From Paraspadella gotoi (taxonomy: Eukaryota > Animalia > Chaetognatha): a stretch of DNA of 64,000 bases. The stretch is taken from positions 2,914,184-2,978,183 of the forward strand of contig CM119268.1 of NCBI GenBank assembly GCA_051294375.1. Reading direction: 5' to 3'. This document shows, piece after piece, positions 26,069 through 38,985 of the stretch. Positions within the stretch are counted from its first letter, which is position 1. Every line of letters starts with the position of its first letter. Under the pieces are notes generated by a model, which was not told the origin of the DNA, did no database searches, and saw only the letters and a program-made list of their open reading frames with translations. Both the position numbers and the translations under genes were made by a program.

Positions 26069-29000
26069 GAGGCGGCGCCGATAGGCGGCGCTGTAGGTCG
26101 AGAGCTGGAATACCGGTCCAAAAAATGATTCGCTATCGACGCCGGTTGGCTTTGACACAGCGCCTCTTTTTGGTGAGATAACGCCGCTGTTACAGGATCG
26201 GCGCTGTTTGATGGAGAAGCAATACAGTTGATGGACAGACGGCGCTTCTTGAGGAACAGAGGGGCCATTTGATGGAGAAGCGACACCATATGAAGAAGAG
26301 ATGAGTCGTCAGTTTGCGGCGATGGAATCAGTTGGACGATGAAGTTGCCCGTGATCGGAGTTCGGTATTAGGAGGGAATTCTGCGTCGGCGGCGCCGGTG
26401 CAGAGTCGGTGCAAGTCTCTGCGCCGACGTGGATCTCGTCGGTGCAGAGTCGAAGAAATGTCTCTGAATCCACGTCGCATCTCATTGGTGAAGAGCCGAT
26501 GGACCAATTGCAGATGGGGTCATGGGAATGTTCCAATCAAGGTTCCTCTTAGAGTGTGACTCCGAGCATCCGGAGTTTGAACGACTCTGTCCTTTAAGGC
26601 AATCGATATCTGGAACCAACTTTAGAAAACGTGCCTCGTCATTTTATGGATCCATCGTGGCCGACTCATGGAATGTTCGGCATAACATCCGCGCAAGTTT
26701 CCATGTCAGGTGCGAGGATGGAATTCTAACTGTTACACGTTGGACAGAGCAGCAGTTCTATGCCGCAAGCTCTTGGTCGACTTTGGATTTTCGGCACGAA
26801 ATCGATGCAGTTTTTTTGCCGAGTCTCGACCACACCCGTGCACCGCAGTGGCCGACTGAGACGACGAAGGGCCGGACTTGGACATCATCCGAGAGTTCCT
26901 CATGTTTCCGGACCGGGACGTGGGAGCAGCAGCAGCAGCGAGAGCACAGCAAGGAGCACGTTTGCTGCATAGTGCAGCGCGAAGAACCGAATTTCCAACA
27001 GTGCTCAACTTTTACAAAGGCGGGAACGCGAAGGGTAAGACATATTAATTAATGAAATTAAGAAAAAATAAAGAATCTAAAATATTTATATTTCTTGAAC
27101 AGCTTCACTCAAACGTAGATCCACTCATAGGTAACACATCGTTCGTCGTCGTTCGTCGTCTTTTTCATCGTCGCTGTCGTCGTCGTCGACCGAGAACGAG
27201 TTACGAAATGCGACGGGTAATTACACTTTTTCGCGACTTTCGACTCTGGCGGCGGCGGAGGCGGCGCGCGGCGGAGGCGACGGCGGCGGCAGTTTTCCTG
27301 CGGGGGACTTGCGGCGGCGCTTTCGGTCGCTTTCACACGGCCGCTGGGGTGCGGAGAAAGCGGGATCGGTCTTGCTCGCAGTCCTTGCAGCGGGGCACTT
27401 CGGACGTTCGACGACAGTTTGGCAGCAGACAGGCGGAATGCGCGGCGGGGGAATTCTATAGAAGCGGCAGCTGCGGAGCGCAGCAGCAACGCGGACGGAA
27501 ACGCGGGACTGACGGAGATCGGAGTTTTTTTCGCCGTCGATGGGTGAGGAGGAAAGAAAAAGGAGGAAAGGAAAGAAAAAGGAGGAAAGGAAAAGGAGAA
27601 GGAAATAGAGCCTAATGAAATGGGTGCTTTTGGAAAAGCGAGCCTAATGAAATGGGTCGCTTTGGAAAGAGAGCCTAATGAAATGGGTCGCTTTTGGAAA
27701 AGATAGCCTAATATCCCTCATTGTTCTTTTATTCAGCACGACTCACTTCTTCCGCTGTCGAACTTCAAACGAACTTTCTCTACATCGGCTCCTTTCCTCC
27801 ACAACATGATGATCCACAACCCCACGATCCACAACCAAACGATCCACAACCAAATGATGCACAACCTCACAACATCGAACTCCTTTCTTCTCCCAACGAT
27901 CTCGATAGCACAACTCTCGAATCGGTCTCTCAACTCCAGCTCTTTCAACCCCAGACGACCAACTACAGCATCCGTTTCATCAACTACATCAGCCTCACCA
28001 TCAACTACATCATCAACGCTCCAGCCATCATCAAATCTTCTCCTTCGATTCCATCTCGCCAATGGATTCTCTCAACTTCGCTTCGGCTTCGTCTGCGGCG
28101 TCGCCATCGGCGAGGCGTCGGCAAGCGTCGGCGGCGGCTTCTGAGGCGCGGCGGCAGCGTCGTTTTTTCTGCGGAGGAGAATTTAGTCGCCGGGGAAAAG
28201 ATTGATTCGGCGCCGCCGATTATGACGCCGCAAGAACCGGCGTCAAATATCGACGCCGGTTGGTTGGTCTCGGATGGAATTTCCGAGCGGAGAACGTCCG
28301 CATTCTGGGATCTTGCTGCAGGTGAGGTCACTTTAATGCTGTAATTGCATTCCGCAAGGAAGGAAACATTAACATTCATATCATTATTCATTATTAATCT
28401 TTCTCCCGACACCAGACTCCGTCCTTGCCGCAACCGGATGCCGGCTGATTGCTTGCAGTCATTCGCCTCGATCGCGGTCACGAACAGCATTGCTGCCGCA
28501 ACTCGGCCAGGGGTCGGGCTGATGACGGCAGCGGCGGCGGCGGAAGTGGCGGCGAAGAGGGAGGTGAGTTCATAAGGAATTCGTCTGGGTGACGTTTTTT
28601 ATTTTTTTTACATTAAATAAATAACTATTTAAGGGGAAATATTTATTGAATTGACTATTAAACTGGACATAAAATCTGGCGTACGTACTAATATTACTAA
28701 ATAAACTTTTTTAACGATATTTTGTTTTTTTTAGAATTTTGCTAAAAAACAGAAAACAGTATAAAAGATAACAGAAAATTTTATAACATCGATTAGTTTC
28801 ATATCGGTTTCTCTTCGCTGCTAAATCAATTAAGGGTAAACAAACAACAACACAAAAAAAAGCCTCATAACGATCACGTGACGTAATGTATGCAATAAAA
28901 ATACTCTGTTTATTTCCCGTTTCCCAGGGCAACTGGCAAGATAAACAGGGGAGAGGAAGACGACGACGAGGAGGAGGAGGAGATGGAGGAGGACGACGAG

Positions 29001-29466
29001 GACGAGGAAGAGGAGGAGGATTCGGACGAAGGAAGCGAAGGAGGAAGAGAATCGGGAACGAGGAGAACAATTCGAAGGGGAGGAAGGAGGAAGAGGAGGA
29101 GGGGAGAAAAGGGAGGAAGGAGAAAAAGGGAGGAAAGGAAGGAAGCTGAGAAAGTCGCAGGTGAAAGGGAGGAAGGGTGAAGGGTGGGTTTTGTTTTTTT
29201 TGGTTTTGTTTCCTCGTTTTGTTTTTGGGTTGAAGGTTCAGTTTATTTTCTTCATGAATTAAGTTTAAAAGTTTTGAATCACGTAACACTAGTTTTATTT
29301 AAATACTTTAACGTTTGTGTCGTTAAATGAAAAATTTCATATGTAAATAGGGGGAAAAATGTGAAAATTGGGTCGTTTGGACTTGACGAACGGGTTCACA
29401 TGAAAAAGATGTCATCGACAATTACGAGAAATCTCTCGATTCCGACTGGGATAATCTGGAAAAAAA

Positions 29467-29509
<43 letters not shown>

Positions 29510-31633
29510 CGACTTTCGTGATGTTTTGGCGATGAATGACGACGACGACGATGACGAACTGAAACTATGCCTTGGGCTTGAGTTTTATGATAATGGGAAT
29601 AGACGACAACGACGACGACGACGACGAAGACCACGACGATGAAGTGGAACCAATTCCCATTTCTAGAAATGGCGGCAAAGCCGAGACTCCGGATCAAAAT
29701 CCTCTTTCCGTCCATAATGTTCTTTTCGGGTCGGAGTTTCCAAACGACGTGATCAAACGACGACGATGACGATGACGATTATGACGACGACGAAGATGAC
29801 AACGAAGATATCGATGATGAAGATGATAATGACGATCAAGAGGATGACAAAGTCGACGATGAATAACGATGATGAAGATGATGATGTCGACAATTATTTT
29901 GACGATGATAAGAATAATACAATGATGAAATATGATGTCTACAACTATGAAAGTTACAACGATGATACAGATGATAACGATGATGAAGATGATAACGATG
30001 ATGAGATGATGACAAAAAACGACGATGCCACGATAACGAAGATTATGACGACCATGCAAGGAACGACGATGTCGACTAACCCGAAAACGACGACAACATT
30101 TCGTGACGCACGATTCGTTTACAATAAATTTATATAATTCACAAAAAGATTCACAAATCCACTCTCCCCCTTATTCACAAGCGCCTGGCGGCCATCATCG
30201 CGAGCGGCGTCGCATCAAAAAGCATCAACGGCGCCTTCGCCAAATTGAGACAGACTGTCCTTGTCTTCCTTTCGAAAAGAAATGTCAAAGATGGACACTT
30301 TGAAACTCGCCAAGACTACATCCACTTCTGTCGGTCAGTCATGTTGATGTAGTTGACCTCTTGGATGATGGTTAAAATGTGTTGATGAAAGTCATCTGCT
30401 TTAGAAAAATTTTGAGCCTTTTTGAGCCTTTATTCTAAGCAAACTAGGCTTTATTGTTTCTTCCTAAAACGTTTGAATTATACTAACATTTTTACACAGG
30501 ATAGAACAAACCTTTTTACATAATTATTATTTTTTCGCCCCTAAAAAATAGAAATCATCCAAACTGCGGAAAAGGAATCGGATCACAGGAACAAAAGACC
30601 ACTAATCGAGTTTGCTGCGCGAAGCCGCTGTTTCAGCTCGGCGCTGACGTCGACATTCTTCACATACTGACTTGTTCGGACAAAAAGACATCGAATTCCC
30701 TGACGCCGAACGGAAAGATTGCTGCCAAGAATTTGACGCCCACGGCAATGATTAAAGCCGGATGAGAGATTGAAATAATAGTAAACTATTGTTTATTTAA
30801 TTTAAATTCGTTTTAAGTCCTTAAATGATTGACTAGTCAATATCTTTGTTCGATGCCAATTCTATTTAATTACAACAGGAGTCTTCCATTAATCATTAAC
30901 TTAAATGCAAAAAAATTTCTTGTTATAAATTTGCACACTACAATTGTTACGTTAAATCATTGTTCCTATTGTAGTTTGTAGTCGATAACTTTATTGTCGT
31001 TAGCGAATACTAAATAAATGTTAACCTTTACACCGTTAGAATGTTTTCTTTCTTTCGAAATCAAATTCCAAAAGAAGATTTGGAAATTTCAGTTCTTCAA
31101 CTGAGCAGATGAACAGACGAGTTCAAAACCGGAAAGAGTTGATTCGAAACACCAGAACTCTTCCTTTCGTCAAAACTATTTTTTTTTTGAATATTTAACC
31201 GCGAAAAACTCTAATCTATTTTCACAATGACGCAGAGGAGTAATTAGCTCCAACGGAGCCCGTTAATAATCGAGCGGAAACGAAATCGTAAGGATTTCCA
31301 GCTTCGGTGACCTTCGAATGACAAGGCTTTATAATTTGATATAAACGGAATACGGATGGACGGATAGACAACGTACGTCTGGATTCATCTATTTAGATTT
31401 TGAGCATTCCGTTTTCTAGCTAAGCATGGCATTATCCATCTTCCATGTCGCACAGAAGTAAAAGTAACTCTTTCTCTCTCGCCTCCCGAATCTATTTTTT
31501 TTTAATCTCTCTAGTCGAAAGTTGGAATGAGTTTCGGTCGTTGACAGGAATTCCTTTATTGATTCAAGTCTCTTTGGTCATGACTCTTTTCTCCAGCATG
31601 CAATCCGCCAAACTGACTTCCCTTGTTTCTTTC

Positions 31634-31679
<46 letters not shown>

Positions 31680-31895
31680 CTCCTCTCTCCTCTCTCTCTC
31701 TCTCTGTCTGGGTTTTAGTTTCTATTTCAGTTTTAGTTTAGTTTTATATTCGAAATGAATATTGGAGATAAGTTTTCTTTCTTTTTTCCCGGTGAAGAGT
31801 CTCCGGTTTCTTTCATGATCGTAATTTTCTCATTTCAACTTCTAATTGACGAAAATTTCGAAAAGATTCGTCAAACCGGTAATTTTTTCTTTTAA

Positions 31896-31987
<92 letters not shown>

Positions 31988-33330
31988 TGAATCCGTAACC
32001 GAAACTTTAAAAAAAAAGAAGCCAGGAACGTAATTAATTCTTTACAAGTCTCTCTACGATTGAGGCGACAAAAAAAGAAAGAAAAAAAAAAACAAAAACT
32101 GGGAGTGGAACTTTTTTTTTCTGGTTAATTTCACGATTCTCTCTTTTCGAACTGACGCTGACCTCTTTTTTCTTTTTTTTTCTTTTTTTTTTTTTTATTT
32201 TACGAACTAAATTCATCTCTAAAGAAAAGAAAAACCTCGTCTGGAGCGAAGTCTATACGGATCCGCTTGTGCGGAGAGAGAGAGAGAGAGAAAAAAATTC
32301 GTCGGGCGAAAAAGAAAAACCAGAAATTTGGGCTTCGATCCGAAATTTTGTCAAAAAATATTTTCTTTTTTCATCCAAGAACGGATTTGAGCGTAAATTT
32401 TTTCGTCGTTTCGTCGTCGTGGTCTTCGTTGTTGTCTTCGTTGTCGTCTTCTCCGTCATCATCGTCATCCTCGTCTTAGTCATCCTTCACCGCTGCCACT
32501 GGAACGCTGTTGTATTTATATTTCCTTCTCTTCCTTTTCGTCTCTTACTTAAAAACCAATAATTTTCTTTAATCACTTAAAACGAAGCGAATGTTTCCAA
32601 CGGAATACTTTTTTTTCCCGCTCTCCTTTCTCGGCCTTAAAAAAAAAAAAGAAGGAGCGGCATTGAGAGGCATTTTAGGCATTGAGAGGCATTAAGGCTT
32701 AAATCGACTCGGGAGAAACTTCGCTTCTTTCTCATCGCTATTTTTTTATATTTTGGTTAAAAGAAAACAAATCCTTTTTTGAAAAAAAAAAATCCACACA
32801 AAAGATTCTTATTTATTTCTAAAACGATAAAAGAAAATCGACCCGTTGGTATTTTTATTTAAAGTATGAATATATTTAAAACGGTTGGTGGGAGAAAGAT
32901 TACTAATACTATTACGTATTTACGAAAATGGAAACATCTCGTCAGATCGATTGTGGATGTCCACTCAAAATTTAAAAAAAAAATTTTTTTTGGCGAAAAT
33001 TATTTTTGTTTACAACGAGTTTTATTTACAATAAAAACAGATATGTTTCGGCTTTGGTACAGTCCTTCATCGGCGTGAGTTTTACATTTTTTTTCTTTCC
33101 AGGTCGATTCTCAGAATCTGTACTGAAAATTAGATCTTAGGAAAATTCAGGAAAAAAAGAGTCGAAACATGTCCATACATATAAATTAAATTCGTTGATG
33201 AAACAAAATTTCAAACTTTTTTTCTAAAGGAAAAAATGCAAAATTTAACGGTCGACCTTTTTAAAAAGTGTATTTTTTTAAATCGTTCTCATGTGAATTT
33301 AATTCTTTAAAATCGTTTGTGAGACTAAAA
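26069..33330 (+). pseudogene. ~7.3-kb tandem re-copy of 18798-26062 (5'-truncated, frameshifted PTF1a copy); probably an uncorrected long-read artefact
   Basis: Starts abruptly inside exon 1 and is colinear throughout. Differences are mostly 1-bp indels, including in the bHLH, and it has called bases where the first copy has Ns. Confidence 0.8.
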
Positions 33331-33724
33331 GAACAAAAAAAATCGAAAAGGTTTAGGGTTTGGAAGTAATAATTATTTATTGAATGAATANNNNNNNNNN
33401 NNNNNNNNNNNNNNNTAAAATAATTTAAATGAATAATATTAATTTAAAAGGTATACCTAAAAGAAAAGAAAATCATTTAAGCGGAGTGTAGCTAAGTATA
33501 CATCTGTTTCTTTTGTCTTTTGTCTGGAATGAAGAATCAGCTGAAGATTCCATGGGCAGATTGAAAAATATGCCCAGGCACATAGCACAACGACGTCACC
33601 GACATCTCGGTTCACCGGTCGAATGGAACCACGTTAGGTTAAGATAGTTAAATATTTATTACATAGGGACCTGCTATGTCATTATCTTGTAAGAGTGATG
33701 AAGGCCTTTAACCACCAAAACCTA

Positions 33725-33794
33725 TCCAAAGTCAGGGGCAAGATAGCTTATTTATTTAATGAATGGATAATTTTTATATTGGTAGTACCAATTT
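33725..33794 (-). repeat. ~70-bp dispersed repeat, inverted partner of 15951-16020
   Basis: TCCAAAGTCAGGGGCAAGATAGCTTATTT... is the reverse complement of the copy ending at 16020. Confidence 0.85.
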
Positions 33795-34178
33795 CATAAG
33801 AAAATGGGTCTTCTTTTAAGTGTAAAAAGCCTAAAAAAAAACCAAAAAAACATCTTCAGAAAAGCCACTACGACTTAGTTGTTACTGCCATCGAGGCTCT
33901 GCTTTAAAACTGTTTTCAAAAAAAAAAATCAAACTATCAAAAGTTGGAATGATTTATTTTGAAATTCATCTCATGCGCGACGAAGCCGAAGTCGAGTGGA
34001 GAAAGATTTTCATTTCTTCTAAAAGTCACGCATTTAAATAAAATTTAACTTGCGAAAAGTTCTATTTTGTAAACAATAAAAAAATAAATTTACACACTTG
34101 ACTCTGACACTGTTCTCTCCGTTTTCAACAGATCATTCAAAAAGTTCGTCGATAAACGAAAAGAAGACAACAACGATA

Positions 34179-34247
34179 ATGGATTTTCTTAAGAAGCAAT
34201 GCAAGAGCGAGGCCGTGCAAGAGAAGGCGACCGAAGTTGGAGCTCAG

Positions 34248-34307
<60 letters not shown>

Positions 34308-34529
34308 TACAAAACATAAAAAACAACAAAACGAGGCGATTACATTATTTTTATCCTTCCTCATTCTCCCCAGGTGGCCGAACAGGCTGCGGGTAAGGTC
34401 GGACTGGGTGAGGAGCAAGCGAAGGCGGCGGGCGAGAAGGTCGGCGGCGTCATCGGCGGCGCCGTCGCCAGTTTCGGTGCCAGCGCCGGAGGAGGAGAAG
34501 AAGAGAAGCCGGCGGAGGAGAGCAAGTAG
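34179..34529 (+). CDS. 74-aa microprotein A (amphipathic 11-mer repeats plus acidic tail); exons 34179-34247 and 34374-34529
   Basis: Translation MDFLKKQCKSEAVQEKATEVGAQ|VAEQAAGKVGLGEEQAKAAGEKVGGVIGGAVASFGASAGGGEEEKPAEESK*. The intron is GT-AG, phase 0. The neighbouring paralogue has an identical exon-1 length and intron position. Confidence 0.85.
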
Positions 34530-35920
34530 CGCGTGATCTGCAACGCCAATAATGACTTTGATTCCGGTCGCATCTTTTTGGCGGCAATGAAAGATCTGCA
34601 ATGCTCGTCTTGCTTCCCTCATGATTCCATGAGATGGACACATGGGTCATAGTCAAAGATGCTCTTTTGACTTTTTTCCACTAACCGGATTTATTGTCCT
34701 GTAATCGACCGACAAACTCCAGTGGCCAGATGACAATGTGACATTCATACATCATGTTAGTGACTAAAAGGTTTTTTAAGGTTACATATTTTAAACAGTA
34801 TCTATTTCAATTTTTATCAATGAGTTTGTTTTGTCATCCGACTACTACACGTCTATTATTTGTTGTAATTCCTTTTCATTGCACGCTTTCTGGTTTACTT
34901 TTTTTTTTAAGTTTGTGGGTAGGTGACAGAGATGTTGTTGTTGTTGTTGTAATTGTTTTTTTTTTTTGCTGAGGCTTTCAAAGCTTATTGACTTTCTTAG
35001 CTTTAACAGCAGAAATAGTATTACTTTAATTTCTTTTTTTGATTAGTGCGAAAAACCCGAATCTCAGAATTATTTGACTAATTTTTGGAAGCAGTATTCA
35101 AATAGATCGTGTGAAAGATATTTTTATGTTCTTTACTAATTTGCTATATCCGTTTTTAAATAAAATTTATTTCTATGCTCACCGTACAATATTTTATTTT
35201 TACTTTTTCTAGGTTTAGTAAACTCGAAAACTATTTAGAGATACTTAAAGTTTTATGTGCCGTATCAAGGTATCGTATCAGTAAATAAAATTTAAGATTT
35301 ATTTAGGACCGAACTTTTTTTCTAAATTTTACAACTTATCTTTTTCCTTTTTTTTATTATCTCTTTGATCTTATTCTTTTCTTCATTGCTTTAAGTTTAA
35401 TATCATCTTCATCATCTGATTTTTGTCATCATAAAAGCTAACATTTAAGCTAATTTATCCTCTATTTCATTATCCCTTTCATCTTCTCAAGCTCTTTAAT
35501 TTTATGACTAGAATTCAGTTGAAACCAAATCCAGTTTTTCAAGTTTTTCTCCTTTTACTCCCAAGCGTCGCAGCAATCGAGGTGTTTTAAAAGAATTTAA
35601 ATCGGTTAAATGCTAAGACCAGCTTCAATGAGACCTTTTTTCATACCTTTTTATTTTTCGGAATAAGAGAGAAAATCCGAAAATCAACATTTTTTTTTAA
35701 TCTCTAATACATTGTTTTTAACGGTCTCACGTTCTCAATTAGGTAAGAAACAATATTAACATTGGTTTTAAATAACTACGTAGCCAAGAAATTTGTATAA
35801 AAATATTTTAATTCTATTAAGCGTTAATATTGCTCCATCTAATTTATATTTACAATTAACGTATTAAGAGTATTAGTTTTATATAATAATCTAATACAAT
35901 AATTAGGCTCTGCGACGAGA

Positions 35921-37081
35921 ATGGATTTTTTTAAGAAAATCTTCAAGAAGGACGGCGTGAAAGAGAAAGTCTCGGAGGTCGGCGCGCAGGTGTGTACAAT
36001 CAATAAAATGGAATTTATATTTTGAAATGCTTTCGATTATTGCACTAGAGAAATTGTAATTTTAAAATTTTAAAAAAGCGGCTTTTCGAGGCAGATTTAC
36101 CGATGTTAAATTTAAAAAAAAAAAACAAGTTTGAGCAAACAATGCCAGACCTGCCCACTATAATTAGCAGTAATTATTTAATTATTATTTTATCATTTAA
36201 TTAAAGAGACATGTATTTCTATGCGAAATCAACGTCGACTTATTTAATTAATTTATTAATTAAACAGATCTCACTTTTTTGCTCAAACAGGTTTGTTTTT
36301 AGGTCTTTTTGTCACTGACCACGACGATGATGGCGACGACTACGACGACGAAAAAAACACCGACGACGATTGATTGATTGATTGAATGACTGATTAATTG
36401 ATTAATTGATTGATTGGGGGACGGACGGACAGACAGTCAGACAGACAGAATGACAAACAGATAATTTCTCACAATTCGATGTTCTGACTTACCGACAAGA
36501 TTGTTGGGGCGGACCGACGGACAAAGTGAATCATAGAGCCGGATCTACTTGAATTTATACTATAATTTATCATTTATTTTCAATATTGATCTAAAGTCAT
36601 TCGCCTCCCAACCCAAAGGTCCGGGGTTCTAGCCCGGTGGTCGCCTAGCAGTTAAGAGGGATGTTACTGCCTGATCCCAAGCTCTGGGACTGCTTATATT
36701 GAACGGTTCTGTCATTAACTCATAACAATAATTACTGTCTCTTCACTATTTAAACTTAATTAAAGAAACCGTTTAAACATTAAATTTGAAACGGTCTGAA
36801 TGTACTTAATAAAGACCGATGACAATATCTATGATTCCACTATAAACTGGTTTACCTTGTTTCTCATTGTTCCCAACCCACTACCTGTCAAGGTGACCGA
36901 ACAAGCCGCCACGAAGCTTGGACTGGGAGAGGATCAGGCAAAGGCCGGAGCGGAAACGGTGAGTTCGGTGATCGGCAGCGCCGTCTCCAGTTTTGGCGCC
37001 GGCGACGGCGAAGCCCCCGCCGCTGAAGGCGGTGACGCTCCCGCCGCCGAAGCCCCCGCCGCCGACGCCGTTAAACAATGA
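35921..37081 (+). CDS. 85-aa microprotein B, paralogue of A; exons 35921-35989 and 36893-37081
   Basis: Translation MDFFKKIFKKDGVKEKVSEVGAQ|VTEQAATKLGLGEDQAKAGAETVSSVIGSAVSSFGAGDGEAPAAEGGDAPAAEAPAADAVKQ*. By hand count 39 of the first 59 residues are identical to A, while introns and flanks are unrelated. Confidence 0.85.
36590..36700 (+). mobile_element. Possible tRNA-derived SINE fragment in the intron of microprotein B
   Basis: CTAAAGTCATTCGCCTCCCAACCCAAAGGTCCGGGGTTCTAGCCCGG resembles a tRNA-like SINE head with a degenerate B box (GGTTCTAGCCC). It is a GC-rich island in an AT-rich intron. Confidence 0.4.
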
Positions 37082-37639
37082 AAAGGGAGGCGCCTTGGCC
37101 GTTGATGAAACATCTTTTGATTTCGCGCTCGATTTGTTATCCATGGTGATCAGACGGCAATACATTTTCATCAATGCAAAATTACATTTGTTGTCCTTCT
37201 TTAAGACTATTAACTTGTGATATTTTTGGGATCATCATGGACGTTTTATAATTGCAACATTCATGAACGAGAGTTTTTAACTTAATTTTATCTTTTGTGC
37301 GCTCTAAGATAGTATTTCATTGGGCGCCCGCGTTGCTATGACAACCAGGTGAAGGGATTGTAAAGGAAAGTCGTTTCAATTGTTTGCACATGAATGCAAT
37401 GGGAGACGAAATTTACTTTACTGTTTCTGGATTCTGATGTTGTTGGTGATGTAAAGAGTTTAGCTTTCTTTAATGTTGTCTTGATGTACAGAAAGCTTCC
37501 GAGGACATCGCAATTTTTAAAATTGATAATAAAGTTTGCTCCTTGGGCCCCCTTATTATTTATTCTTGAATAGATTTTTGATATAAACGAGAGAAAACAA
37601 AGTTTATTTTTGTTTACAAATATTTTGATGGAGAGAGAG

Positions 37640-37756
<117 letters not shown>

Positions 37757-38276
37757 TAGAGAGAGAGAATGTGTTTGAAGAGAAACGAAATAAAGTCTTT
37801 TGGAAATAAGTAGTGAACATTGTTTTGGAGGAAGAAATACATTTAGGCAACGTACAACAATAGTAAATGTAAATCTAAAATAACGAAAATAAATTTAAAA
37901 TTAAGTATAAATTAAGTGAAATTTCCAAGTGAAATTGATAATAAAAATAGTTAAAAATTAAGAAAAGAAAAAAAAATTAAGTTTTCTCTAATTTTTCTAA
38001 ACGCAACGAAGCGAAAGTCTTTCCACTTTGATATAAACGAGAAAAAAAATGAAATGATCAAGCTACATAGAAAGTTGCATCAATCTTACAAAAAGCTAAA
38101 TTGATTATAAACATTAAAAAATTTAGTTAGCCCTGACAATTTAATTTAGGATGTAAATAATTTGTAGAATTGTAGTGAAATATCTCTCGCCTCTTTATTC
38201 TTGCACCCTTTTCAACCTGAAGTCAAAAAGCCTAATAAGTTCTAAACCTCGGCTCGATAATTCTAAACGTTAAACA

Positions 38277-38311
<35 letters not shown>

Positions 38312-38377
38312 AGCGGCGGCACAGCGAATTTCTTGTTTCTTGTTTTTTGAGTCCCAGAGCCGAAAAGCCTCAAAATC

Positions 38378-38416
<39 letters not shown>

Positions 38417-38879
38417 TGACCCGCGTTTCAATCCGATCTATCGAACGGTCGTTTAATTTAATTTAACTAAACTCGATCATTAAAATAAACACCAATTAAT
38501 TTTTTTTTATTCAAAGATTAATGTTTTTTTTTCTCCAAAGAAAAATCTAAAAAAAAATTAGGGAGGAGATTTGGACGAAAGAAAAAGTTATAAGTGGATG
38601 AAAATATTATGTCGCTCATTTGCGAATTTGTCATCTTTGTCGTCGTCCTTGTCATTTAAATTTTACTCGTCATCGTCCTCATCTCTGCCCCTCGCACAAA
38701 AACGGTACAAGCAAGAATAAAAAAAAAATGAAAAACCAAAAATATTTGAAACATTTTAATCTATAATTAATTCATTACAATGGTTTTGTTTTATTTTGTT
38801 TGTTTTTTTTTTGTTCAACATCACAACATGAAAATTACACAAATATATCGATAGAAATAGTCGAGGGTTGGGAAAGGAA

Positions 38880-38886
38880 AGAAGGA

Positions 38887-38982
<96 letters not shown>

Positions 38983-38985
38983 CAA
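38880..38985. repeat. (GAAA)n microsatellite
   Basis: Near-perfect array. Confidence 0.95.

Noticed and set aside
34179-34247. Complexin-like start (MDF..KQ)
   Set aside because: The similarity ends after a few residues and there is no complexin central SNARE-binding helix.
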